A DNA stretch of 64,000 nucleotides, taken from NCBI GenBank assembly GCA_944384405.1, contig CALWTH010000041.1:65394-129393 (forward strand), in the 5' to 3' direction. This DNA is from an uncultured Clostridia bacterium (GTDB lineage: Bacteria; Bacillota; Clostridia; Christensenellales; UBA1242). The notes under the pieces were generated by a model that was not told the origin of the DNA, ran no database searches, and saw only the letters and a list, made by a program, of their open reading frames with translations. Of this stretch, positions 58,801 through 62,783 are shown piece after piece. Numbering within the stretch: the stretch's first letter is position 1; each line of letters starts with the position of its first letter. A program made the position numbers and the translations under genes.

Positions 58801-60700
58801 CAAAACTAAATGACACGCTTTCAATATCTGCGTTGCCGTTAAATGTTAAAGGAAGTGATTGACCATTTTTTAAAGCAACATAATTAAGCCCATCATCGTC
58901 ATATGTATAGTCCCCAAGCGCAGTTGAAATTGCAAAACTTGAATCAATATCAATACTGACATCACTAAGAGAATTTATTACTGTAACGTTTGCTCTTATG
59001 ATTTGTCCTGAAATGAAACTGATAACAAGTTCGCCACTGCCTTCTTTATTTGACAAAATTTCTATGGTGTATATATTTGCACCATTCAAAGTTTGGTCAG
59101 TTTTTGCAATTTGACCAACAGTAAACGCATCTGAAGTTGAATATATTTCAACACTGTTTAAAGTTGTCAAATCAATTGATGATGGAGCAAGAGCGACTTG
59201 CACTTGATATGTTGAATGTTCATTTGTGTCAAGATAGTACTGTCTTGTTGATTCAATACCATCTAAAGTGCTATTTACAAAGCCCAAAGATGTGACACCT
59301 TCTTTAAGAACAAAAGTCAATGTCTTTTGAACATCTATATTTTCTTTTTCGCTTTTAACAATTACGCTAACTGTTTCATCAAGCACAAATCCTGGCCTTG
59401 CTATGAAATAGAATGTGTCACCACTATTGAATACGTATTTGTTATTTGTAAATTCAATCACTTCGCCTTTGCTATCTCTCACTATCAAATAGTTAAGGTC
59501 AACGGCGCTGATATTAAGTGAAAGTGGTGAACTTGTTGCGGTCGAAGGAATAGCAGAGAATGTAAGTGCATAGCCCTGAACTATGCCAGAAACATATGTA
59601 GTGAAAATGTCAATGGAGTTTTCAACATCAACAATCGCACCATCACTTGTTACACTTATGTCACGAATTTCATCGACAACATTTATTGTGACAACACCAT
59701 TTGTTTCGTTTGCTGTTGAGTACTTAAACTCAGGATATTGTTCGTAACTAAGCACAAACCAGACTCTATCAGAGCCAACGGCAGTACTCTCTGGTGTTAC
59801 TGTAAAATCAAAAGCATATTCGTAATATGCACCACTTTCAACGCGATGACTAAGCAAGTTATCAAGAACAATTCCTTTGTCGTTATAGGCAAGTACTGGC
59901 GTAATGCTGAGTTGTTGATTTGTGATTGAATATGGCACTCTCACAAAAATTGTAGCAGTTGTTGACTCAGTATTTGTTCTCGATATTTCAACACTGTCTA
60001 AACTTGCTCCTGCCTCATCAACTATTTGGATATTTGACACATCAATTGCTTTGACAATTGTTACGCTAATTGTCGCCCTAACATTTTCCCTATGCGCAGA
60101 AACAACCTCGACAGCGATTTGTGAAGGTATTTCGCTAAGTCCAGGTTGAATTGTTAAAGTTTTATTTTCTATTGACACGCCTTCAATTTCATTCACAAGG
60201 CGATAATTTAATTGTGTTTGATTTGTCCCTTCTGGAACAATGGTGAACATATCATTTGTGAAAGTCAAACTTCCACCATCTTGAAAACTATAAGATATTG
60301 CATATGTACTTTGATTTGGAGTTATTGCTGTGACTGGCTGTATCGCTGTAACAGTAAACACTGTGGATTTTGTTGCACCTTCAATTCTAACTTCAACATC
60401 TTGACATTGCCTAAGTGCTTTAACTGTGATTTCACTCACACCGTCCGATGATGGTGATTTTACAGAAACTTGAATACTTGCTGAATCATAATTTGCAGAA
60501 ACACTTTTGTCTGATGCGTTTTCAACAGTAGCATAAAGTGTTGCAGTGTTGTCATTTTCTCCAAGATAAATTTCTACATGTGATGTGCTTAATGACAATG
60601 TCATGTTGTCATTATTTTCTCCACATGCAGAAAAGACAACTCCTGCGCCGCCTAAAATAATCATAAGTATTGAAACAAGTAGTGTCCTGATTTTTTTCAT
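40814..60700 (-). CDS. Giant lipoprotein 3 (6,628 aa): Ig-like stretches, at least six GLUG-type beta-helix modules, internal TM hairpin, about 1,900-aa C-terminal region
   Basis: Uninterrupted 19,887-nt ORF. AGGAG is 5 nt before ATG 60700. Lipobox VVFSAC|GEN. No C-terminal sorting signal. Confidence 0.85.
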   Translation of the reverse strand: MKKIRTLLVSILMIILGGAGVVFSACGENNDNMTLSLSTSHVEIYLGENDNTATLYATVENASDKSVSANYDSASIQVSVKSPSSDGVSEITVKALRQCQDVEVRIEGATKSTVFTVTAIQPVTAITPNQSTYAISYSFQDGGSLTFTNDMFTIVPEGTNQTQLNYRLVNEIEGVSIENKTLTIQPGLSEIPSQIAVEVVSAHRENVRATISVTIVKAIDVSNIQIVDEAGASLDSVEISRTNTESTTATIFVRVPYSITNQQLSITPVLAYNDKGIVLDNLLSHRVESGAYYEYAFDFTVTPESTAVGSDRVWFVLSYEQYPEFKYSTANETNGVVTINVVDEIRDISVTSDGAIVDVENSIDIFTTYVSGIVQGYALTFSAIPSTATSSPLSLNISAVDLNYLIVRDSKGEVIEFTNNKYVFNSGDTFYFIARPGFVLDETVSVIVKSEKENIDVQKTLTFVLKEGVTSLGFVNSTLDGIESTRQYYLDTNEHSTYQVQVALAPSSIDLTTLNSVEIYSTSDAFTVGQIAKTDQTLNGANIYTIEILSNKEGSGELVISFISGQIIRANVTVINSLSDVSIDIDSSFAISTALGDYTYDDDGLNYVALKNGQSLPLTFNGNADIESVSFSFVDYVYDSTVDDVYDENSGYVNFGKNKPNDENFSNNTSQVISANYLRSLRYISPIAVGKVWVRAIFTGKQIVDDNGENVYSDIQISRYLLVEIYNPIISIEIDSKEVSLYPADELGQENVQLSEQIVTFTVNRGNSLPTYNLLEIEGMTSVGDGLYQYFVPGGKINFEIEKINDYQFLVRALTRNDDGTDDIGATEFESAIINFVSRDLNLDRNEYSISLTVTMKKPQLVEEVIIGNVGEDGIYLEAPNLTNDISLTSFKLAVSVLPSDALNKGVVYRFIPDSGTLSTILTISEDGFITTQGTVGGSGKIRVIPKDSVFVDNNGHEYYRDGYVYAEVDIFVADGRTRETALRITSLSEITNSDLHYILLSGDTYSSSNQLFGEFNGGLYGSANEGSQNVVTITFSGNSNNLFGTLSEKAIISDLAIVGNVNASSMLVDTNYGTIKNVTVSVYSQGEVITPSSVNSAGDAGGIAQKNYGLIENVTFAGNITSTGEDSVVGGIVAVNDGEIINSKVLFYNFEGNTTTNIDGHIVGALVGELTGHGKIQSSYAYSFSKDPISTSQNVGAIVGKISSKDVSIDKCFADIGSFGEFADVTEEDLTSIISDSYTITTNIDDIDTNINYVFTYYMTNLLGRTITGTYSSSATQSYPDVAMDTSKAIWWQQDKSVNHGFPYIYNLQPPVAITGKQLAELTITQSRLSLAENGGEVVMFFYRANGVNLTSREQQLMSVVNTISYGDLFGTYSASGIVVTSSNPSVVVTSTNSLTIKNTGTTTLTITSLYDYSVGAKQINVTVIYYTSPLVLTYNGQTLGDYSKINIRTRVNETLISSLESSIILVDRAIPLAQNNYVIRFVQSEDEQNVGFILGSTLGTHTIVGDFNQDDIEILTYLYLDGLNQNNCDSIKLYTQKTITLHKIYGPISIESSVNRATISASDQLVTNVEVTSDTRYLEDLENIELVIETYDSNLQLINSDDVLYDVTLKNETENENNTTTRIYQVTIRLNTKLTQFDSKYTVVFSTDSPSEYDDVRATLELTVLDQEVLRVDINHYSQRSGASSETGVSLYNYYPNNVSSPNTTGLLDIMVYPSYAKYTHITVTSEPQNGIALSFLNMRKKGQGYSVNLANTFAYITNGIQVYKVDSESEVARYYVRVKVPEGVQVDTVYTIYVNVMNGDEVMYTLPYSLIIVPQEKAGITVDGESSIYAIRGETITADIIWDQTQSIDSITAFVLPSSTDPGSDNSADTMVAGDVSLPSSVSDSDREEYATSYYKASINIEIGENASNFRVRVDTSRTINGVKETVYSYLVVYVIDFELDFSNTHIANEEGTDIATGDQYFYHTLKFNFGGRYVKNEDGSISASEQAYNEFTQNNYYVSGDYIVNIDGNKNNSLLYNLYYVNGKVYTPVLNNSGEITSPSDTIVRFEQTDNDIRFIGTQNGTQQMLLQMRVQMPDLSIRTYNYFFSIVISDPTSDDSPSQISNAEEFLNALNGESEEDYILTKDIHLYDYTPAQDTSKLRSLDGNGHQIVIVSFNYDNTQSQIDLALFNTVSSNTTLKNLRVNVFHLNTISITSAYTNTVNIAPIAITNNGIITNCEVVSFRDLTNEIAPAVTGLSLTTDSTIGVSAITAGFVVTNNGIITNSRVGGESVVEYDSNGDLINTGIISPQTHFLSPFVISSFGEIAGFVYSNTSSGHIVSSYASNIRIINNSNIDYTTITAGFVVENAGLISASYAKGVKRESTDIHATLYGIETSGISAGFVYENSGEINNSYSNLTLTNQNNNPGRNSAGFVYRNTESGVVEKSLSLSRIVGTTTTQMNFAGVDDFGNYQNLGEITNSYYYDEVSLSDSSVFIESAYGEGAEYISSITDEDYLYGFSFANKTTEDENDGIWFMTSVGPELVSANQISVSLRYASNADQSTRPIFAYVDEYRYGSKNNPILIRSAEEFAKVFSGTDNSSASRYVNTSSREIFGSYRLINDIDLSELITDSNNTYTLASSSMTLTGKYKDVGNQGSIGKFDGNGLTISGLALSDPDGEAVNFGMFASVTDGAIVQNVNLVLGSTNAGGDVFGVEASGVEYVGALSGTVENSTVVNVSLVSAYDNASNVTVRGKNVVGGLIGRVIGDSYIFNLSVQDISVTASMNPTNYISNSYISYNTYNRTSDILNAYISYAGGVVGVLDAYTSASINTTVYAEQQISSDGNAIMLKTLGTNIISGGTVGGVTGYIGPLTVLQDALYELSYVDSQNYSRQGIYSYNGFAGGIVGYNAGYIRQVRSEHEKSWQIGDDDPNDDGDESIEANIKNYYANYPNNDDIDRGNTQLFMTEGYTPIAIGGLVGLQVSGKIEKSYSKLNVINTRTQNSQNGGVYAGGIIGLSEMSSNPNTYVETNIIEVYASGDVQSQYASGIVGLARASMRLDKVNAINYWGDWLLGGEGQANAIIRVDDSLVDINNIDTTYTSSISFNRENIKFTDASETLTPSAQQYINDVSGGGIITSLPSFVDTITGAGDDGENYDVYFTGNGWDKSSWSRDDNELYPHIVFGYLGGIHYIRTEEDIEDMRTAGENDIFVIDPDMTDKRHQGYPEDVRYVVITRAITPINAFSGELRGLDNRYEYGFLFKNTAKQTRALFTNTLGATFSNFTIAFENTTFESAANTSQNAILVANSTNTTFADLTFRGVKANINTSTSQFGLVTGMARGSTSFRNIKIQESDISFKASTSQDNNSGNLLSTSLYVGLVFGESYLTTGSISSIAIKQSHIIFTDAQNNQNNSLYVGLVAGRLASSTGNESQISIDGSTNDQDEFGVFESGIKFNSDSTDSKIYGLRLGMLFGYVDNAIVSSNNLDIELSAEDDVMFIDSYVGGLIGYSQNITLDEINVDVLMNVTTANSSIGGIVGYSQNIVFNENTSIDVSNNNVPDVGAGINVINARGISEDNGNNIGSVFGSLTNLNLVNNNKHIIQSLVDITVQGNGHYDYIGGIVGSLTNGTLYGAESYGEIILEQTSGENNYVIYVGGIAGRATNNSSIENCYSFGDIKHIVINDETQDYSNVSLIFSGIVATVSSSSVALRNNISTGNFYPSYKKSTSQNKTEITKSVSINLASLTYGGLVGVVNDNLTIEKNISIATLFNRYDRDISGTYEVNALVGSGTESVTIDNENYYAHVATLCTDSLGNNVSYENILSGIAGNTTLYDNIEVIIDLDEEDELYSQILYNGETAGTKLNPSNSQERASVIDDEQTWYVKLSDNTDGGVHQLTALTNTVVIGDGALLTFSNTNINKDSKSSLSPIQSIDKNSSVSGIVVVASFVIGQDSSGVASYNTLPVAGLTYQNEGIIYSCNVSRSNSIFNNLDSDSTNALSGNQQKLVGTIDAGKGAVAGLVGENSGLIKDSFVSLNISTEYEDGGNNPSYVGKQEENETGEAQDVAVAGLVGTNDGMVVNSYSSGNIDAPNAVSEKGSNLYVYLLAAGKVYDSYTNMRVVYENDISGNNMRLKYHIFAFDSNNDATYVKKSYYDQIAAEFLVQGSGSGVNTEDLSTNYIGTLPDQDHQIGTFNYDSQYAYGYGSFSGGAYQSIEYMRHDTGNGKQSSPYQIPNLGKLKQLENSPTEKTYYNLVNDINASYVSTSSLLKWTSIKNIKNIVLDGYDTLTPVMDITNEGLNDFQGNTHKISNLTTRGGGLFDTTTSSELKNLVIENLFIDINANDYIVGLLANKTESTNINNIKITSINPDIYRNKKLEYNAYYYGNVVGELGSGSKLSECQLITTDNKDNNNIIELNLGITVSSFIYGGIVGHVTGEATVEDCRIDKELMISFSSVPTATSTIIAGGVVGLLENGTVENSYLSNNMYVLSDILYADESQNTTYSNTSINLYTGGIVGGAGYLISQADSTVIGNNGTGKIINSGLFGTSSVFAGNPYNISKSYVGGISGFGGNISNSYVRAENIIGNAKYNYTFEGESTNYIHEDEQGATHPRIFRDNGNGGFDVYKKLGYAKVSQEAHVAGIANSYDRVSYVSTSTSNIYGGLSARKATAYYDVDTLSMASKILGVVGLSETAMSLMIAAAFVSKIPILGWKVAIGLMATIAGITVVASVYILTTEVNINEYYIDGSGYNVLPTNEKSSYYSLSYKRADWTKINIFAFGGDPVSATVELPLGVPIPNDTATSALDAFMNDGVDEWMGLQKYNNEFIYNNYLNDNNVTNLYVYDVYSHSIGNAKDGETKGGTQNVAWRSDLYQVHENLIENSSKTLYSFNDVAMFDEDYQYIYDVSGSVITKLSKAEGVSNTYGKFGDDWITVDGDYIPSTSPEVASTPSIDLFDQNTTASGTDQSATATIKVNSVEDYRATVNLVNKILSYQKYEAVVNSNEFNDLRLNNSEKFKSLVDAIQISGGITIELNFSNSAGTSFGTQVDGFGESEESPFSGKITSSSYKKAEINGFLINNTGAAIGLVNYGKNVDISNLDLTYHTQQSAIANTDKSMGGLIGTLVDGGNVNISNTEVSLIVKDYIQGSQSSTYTLNAGGLVGSAKNSTLTIQNTDIELSTDLTASGSLDQSELTGVGGLIGRTENTNVNISDIVSVDLYGEGIVSTSSNNIFGGAIGYMLDSNISTPDGGSSQLDITGNIDVENTSGNSVYVGGLIGYYNNNEGQVIKLNDISIGLSKIEVTAGISEVTTYAGGVIGYSKQNTSLPISKDTNIKVGTENQRLIITSGINGTKFSTKAYADNYIGNRGSGYDYDGKVSVNTSVLAMADPSYYFDSSDVEDITQKPKLINSRQIIGVIGKQTSVTTEGGDSQTGSQADSKTGNQNIESNSIITYMKVDAYEYETQVSRKMDSYVNGENRVIYNYQKNIYIIIINGSVLEDSYKGTQDVHSIQETVYRLSINGYRYDDSTISDIVTDTSLEFVTAHQLFTTSSIYKTYLDNSAPIPMTSRNDNFAINNITILSIDQYNKFSAGSITTQSVPFYTIVTEQNGQYINLNNTEIVDSTITTSPDIDQGILDGIVDENGKIDESALGDLDLGIDDDIIGEDGNLKEEISKQMKFKFIKHIDKNDTEYAELIKNMGPGWYLVYSTLENKNVVKPIYIEKDHVIYNSQISSITNSISWDIKDDNENILDLDDIKSTSSTIFNINLNDGNKLEIDKSTPTVLYEGSLNMFVTTNGVINIDGLTHSDRRYKTIFISFNNGFATEQNMSGTQYQEYIFLVDSKDNVYYLGNISYISSSKINFEVGVSRNDMFFPERQNKGQNEGQNEGPINIITYQNNLLSLNEIQNINDSGINLSDIVNLTFDVINSTTTYYIDATSQGTISNIYRRSDIITTTYSISLNSIIAEGFNNISVDFNYNVSSENHNGEAFIVNDDEVIEIKQDNQTVTYKHVRANVYKMSGTQQIALNAVVLEKTSKQSSGSNDQTQTIIYVFDYDGSGHLTGFTLYDETDFVLSEDGTYYIIKEDASGDKYDGYGISSNIVSVDTTDENDFGVSYEIYNGATTITFENNGQNGYVQLKGTNYTFKYENNILTVYTDKESYIFEFVDGNFVKTQHKFTLTLTEGTYTITESYSDASKVTILVEFNAITNSIEIADSDGTFHTVANNNKQSPTQVINNIEYLSKNWWTDDVNLATKGYIEVHTSKNEEMPVAIIERTTLHSLTYKVLTTSDNSDKTEAHLYFDNNSNVILIFIKQNGDYKLLKSGEDVYNDLGYKLDLDTMILSLKKNSAGIMTLLVDNPVYDISNGFWLNSSGTNIANSDYSSNTLNYKWYLYNDTHVNGEKKSHTKIEWTYDGEDIVLELDFALSLTDENPGIKLIPFNGSYAIKIPQNHYYTLRGYKISGTVGEVLSQEGTYTSLGVSVPKGIYVLKNNATVTTDSGDITVNEYVYARHNTDENWYSGLGNKTETFEYTTDDGVSVSDTITRSAVTINTEDNIATFTETVEKTTVGEDGTEQKSTITYNWTFDASKEYMKFFKVEAFLGITIGYNRYSDEGYAWNINESSAFASTVIKLPITQISDEEYAILLLDVVFGEMNDQIIVEE
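43132..43167 (-). repeat. 12-nt in-frame tandem repeat (3 units) in giant gene 3
   Basis: GTCCCTCATTTT x2 and GTCCCTTATTTT, encoding QNKG-QNEG-QNEG. Confidence 0.85.
44800..45650 (-). other. Beta-helix module of giant protein 3 located after the TM hairpin (approximate bounds)
   Basis: MGGLIGTLVDGG, AGGLVGSAKNS, GVGGLIGRTENT, FGGAIGYMLDS, YVGGLIGYYNN, YAGGVIGYSKQN. Confidence 0.5.
46580..46735 (-). other. Internal two-helix transmembrane hairpin of giant protein 3 (residues about 4656-4707)
   Basis: ILGVVGLSETAMSLMIAAAFV - SKIPILGWK - VAIGLMATIAGITVVASVYILT. This is the only long hydrophobic run after the signal peptide. Confidence 0.6.
46800..57780 (-). other. Region of giant protein 3 dominated by five beta-helix modules (approximate bounds)
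   Basis: Module openings at about 57775 (ALRITSLSEITN), 54400 (SPSQISNAEEFLNAL...LDGNGHQIV), 53030 (NNPILIRSAEEFAKVF...FDGNGLTISGL), 51240 (IHYIRTEEDIEDM) and 48105 (SSPYQIPNLGKLKQL...FQGNTHKISNL). Confidence 0.5.
60623..60700 (-). other. Lipoprotein signal peptide of giant protein 3
   Basis: MKKIRTLLVSILMIILGGAGVVFSAC. Cys codon at 60625-60623. Confidence 0.7.
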
Positions 60701-60777
60701 AGCAACTCCTCATCTATTCATCTATTGTTTTCAAATTTTGGTTTTATTATTACATAATAAACCAACTTTATATGCTT

Positions 60778-60806
60778 AGTATAAGAATATTTGCCCTTTA
60801 TGTCAA
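60778..60806 (-). promoter_or_regulatory. Near-consensus sigma-A promoter of the giant-gene operon
   Basis: Minus strand TTGACA, 17-nt spacer (TAAAGGGCAAATATTCT), TATACT. About 70-nt leader. Confidence 0.65.
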
Positions 60807-60905
60807 ATTATTTGAAAAAAATTTTTTGTATTTTTAATTATATGACTAACAAAAAATAAATAAAAAAAATAAAAAAATATTAAATAAAAATAAAATTAAA
60901 TTTAT

Positions 60906-60940
60906 AAAAAAAATCCATATTTTAACAAAGTTAAAATATG
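60906..60940 (-). terminator. AT-rich hairpin plus T-run downstream of spoIIID (weak terminator)
   Basis: Perfect 11-bp inverted repeat CATATTTTAAC-aaa-GTTAAAATATG (60916-60940). On the minus strand it is followed by ga and T8. Confidence 0.45.
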
Positions 60941-60982
60941 AAAATAAAAATTAAATAAAAATAAAATGTCAAAAAAATAATA

Positions 60983-61231
60983 TTATTTATTTTTTAACAA
61001 ATATTTATTTTTTGTTGAAATTCCACCACGAATATGTTTTTCATTAAAGTTTTTATCAAGAATTTTCTGTACTTGATAAAAAAGATTAGGATTTATTTTT
61101 TTTAATTTTTTATGTATGTCTAAGTGCACAGTTGATTTTGAATACCCAAAAAAATTTGCCGTCTGACGTATTGTTGCACCATTTGAAAGTATATAATGTG
61201 CGAAATCTAATACCCTGTCTTTGTTTTTCAC
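60983..61231 (-). CDS. spoIIID: Sporulation transcriptional regulator SpoIIID
   Basis: 82 aa. HTH region ATIRQTANFFGYSKSTVHLDI, then INP.L...V..IL, then HIRGG..TK.KY. GTG start with AGGAG RBS. Confidence 0.9.
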   Translation of the reverse strand: MKNKDRVLDFAHYILSNGATIRQTANFFGYSKSTVHLDIHKKLKKINPNLFYQVQKILDKNFNEKHIRGGISTKNKYLLKNK

Positions 61232-61248
61232 TTGCCACTCCTATTGCA

Positions 61249-61278
61249 AATGTATGCAAGGAGAAAGCGCAATATGTC
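61249..61278 (-). promoter_or_regulatory. Sigma-E-type promoter of spoIIID
   Basis: Minus strand ACATATT, 14-nt spacer, CATACATT. Compare the remembered sigma-E consensus (T/G)(A/C)ATA(A/T)(A/T)-14-CATACA(A/C)T. Confidence 0.55.
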
Positions 61279-61327
61279 ACAATTTGTCCGATAATGTAAA
61301 CAACGGAATAAAAATCTATTGAAGTGC

Positions 61328-61356
61328 TTTACAAAACACGACAAAAATGTTATCAT
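61328..61356 (+). promoter_or_regulatory. Sigma-A promoter (extended -10) of acpP
   Basis: TTTACA, 17-nt spacer, TATCAT preceded by TGt. Confidence 0.55.
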
Positions 61357-61385
61357 GTTTATGGCAAAATTTTATGGAGGATATT

Positions 61386-61619
61386 ATGACATTAGACAAA
61401 GTAAAATCTCTAATTGCTTCTCAACTTGGCATAAGTGAGGACAAAATAACAGAAGATTCAAGACTTGTTGAAGATCTTGGTGCTGACTCGCTTGACACAG
61501 TTGAAATGCTTATGACCCTTGAAGAAGAATTTGGAATTGCAATACCTGATGAGGAAGCAATGACCTTAACAACAGTTAAATCAATTGTTGAACTTATTGA
61601 CAAGCATCAAAAAGCGTAA
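61386..61619 (+). CDS. acpP: Acyl carrier protein
   Basis: GGAGG RBS before ATG 61386. LGADSLDTVEMLMTLEEEFG with the phosphopantetheine Ser in DSLD. 77 aa. Confidence 0.9.
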   Translation: MTLDKVKSLIASQLGISEDKITEDSRLVEDLGADSLDTVEMLMTLEEEFGIAIPDEEAMTLTTVKSIVELIDKHQKA

Positions 61620-61630
61620 AAAAATTACAT

Positions 61631-61660
61631 AAAAAAACCCTTTTTTAAAGGGTTTTTTTA
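61631..61660. terminator. Bidirectional terminator between acpP and the M23 peptidase gene
   Basis: A7-CCCTT...AAGGG-T7. Confidence 0.7.
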
Positions 61661-62230
61661 TTTGTTTTCAAGGGTAAGATAGTTTGAAGGGTCGACTTTT
61701 TGTCCATCTTTGTAAAGTTCAAAATGAAGATGTGCGCCGCTTAAAAGTTCATTAGAAGATGAATCAGCCATAGTTCCAATAACATCTCCCGCACTCACTT
61801 TATCTGATATGGTAACAGAAGTATCTTCAGCAAGTGAAGAATATTTGCTCACATATCCATCTTCATGTGTAATTGTCACAACAGTTCCGTCTTCATATGA
61901 TGTTTGAACATCTGTGACAACGCCATCTAAAACAGAGTACACATTTAGGTTATCACTAGTCATGTCTATTCCCTTGTGGCTTTCCCATTGATTTAAAGTG
62001 TCATTATAAAATAGTTCTGTGTCACTATACCACTTCAAAACTGTTGGCGACTCCACAGGCAAACTAAACACGACAGGTGTTGTCTGTGATGGTACTTCTT
62101 CTTCAGGTGGTTCTACATTGTTTGAAAGAACAACTGCAAGTGTAATTCCAAGTACCAAAACAAAAGCAAGTGCGTAGTAACCATATTTTTTTAGTAATGT
62201 TTTGACCCTTCCCTTTTTGTTTGTTTCCAT
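61658..62230 (-). CDS. M23/LytM-family metallopeptidase with N-terminal TM helix (SpoIIQ-like)
   Basis: GGAGG RBS before ATG 62230. TM YYALAFVLVLGITLAVVL. H-K-G-I-D (HxxxD) and H-L-H (HxH) are both intact. Confidence 0.75.
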   Translation of the reverse strand: METNKKGRVKTLLKKYGYYALAFVLVLGITLAVVLSNNVEPPEEEVPSQTTPVVFSLPVESPTVLKWYSDTELFYNDTLNQWESHKGIDMTSDNLNVYSVLDGVVTDVQTSYEDGTVVTITHEDGYVSKYSSLAEDTSVTISDKVSAGDVIGTMADSSSNELLSGAHLHFELYKDGQKVDPSNYLTLENK

Positions 62231-62290
62231 TTTAACCTCCGAACTAATTGTTGACTTGTTTTTCATTTGTTATACATATAAATTTTAAAA

Positions 62291-62743
62291 TTAATAACTT
62301 CCAAGAAGAAGTGGCGTGCCTATGAAAATTTTTTGACCGTCAAAGTACCCCTGCACATTTACTTTTTTGTTATAAGCCATTACTCCACCATCAAAAAAGT
62401 TTGTGTATCCCAAAAAGTCACTTTCTCCACTTTGGACAACTTTGACATTGAGTTTAGAAATACAATCAAGATAAGTGTCTTTGTCCCCAGTGAAAATGAA
62501 AGTAACTCCACTAACATCACGAAGACTTGAAGAAAGCATTTTGTAATCGGCATATGTGCAAGAAATAATTTGACCATTCCCATTTGCAGTTACCAAAATA
62601 CTTCCACTATTTGTTATTTGCGGTGTACTTGTGAAAATTTGTACATTCAAATTATCATAAACAGAAAAGTCAAATTCCCTTTTAAACAAACTTGCAGTAA
62701 ACAAAAAAATACACAAAACAAAAAAGACAATAAATTTTTTCAT
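62291..62743 (-). CDS. Hypothetical secreted protein (possibly YwmB/DUF1779-like)
   Basis: Signal-like N-terminus MKKFIVFFVLCIFLFTASLF. The C-terminal ...IFIGTPLLLGSY only loosely recalls the YwmB family. Confidence 0.5.
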   Translation of the reverse strand: MKKFIVFFVLCIFLFTASLFKREFDFSVYDNLNVQIFTSTPQITNSGSILVTANGNGQIISCTYADYKMLSSSLRDVSGVTFIFTGDKDTYLDCISKLNVKVVQSGESDFLGYTNFFDGGVMAYNKKVNVQGYFDGQKIFIGTPLLLGSY

Positions 62744-62783
62744 ATAAAACTTATTGCCTTTAATATTTTATTTTATACATATT

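Noticed and set aside
9806-60451. Dozens of 60-180-aa plus-strand ORFs inside the three giant genes. The longest are 50541-51077, 40989-41345 and 43263-43616.
   Set aside because: All are antisense shadows of long, clearly coding minus-strand ORFs. I checked the longer ones for RBSs and promoters and found none. Their translations are low-complexity or hydrophobic junk typical of AT-rich antisense frames.
9484-60700. Diversity-generating retroelement or homopolymer phase-variation switch controlling the giant genes.
   Set aside because: There is no reverse transcriptase and no template/variable repeat pair visible. The longest homopolymers I noticed in or near the starts are 7-8 nt, and none is obviously positioned to switch the frame.
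31287-60700. Cell-wall sorting (LPXTG), SLH, choline-binding or type I secretion signals at the giant-protein C-termini.
   Set aside because: The C-termini (...ITINV, ...RNGVIQ, ...DQIIVEE) lack a hydrophobic or charged tail or the known motifs. Anchoring is better explained by the N-terminal lipoboxes and TM segments.
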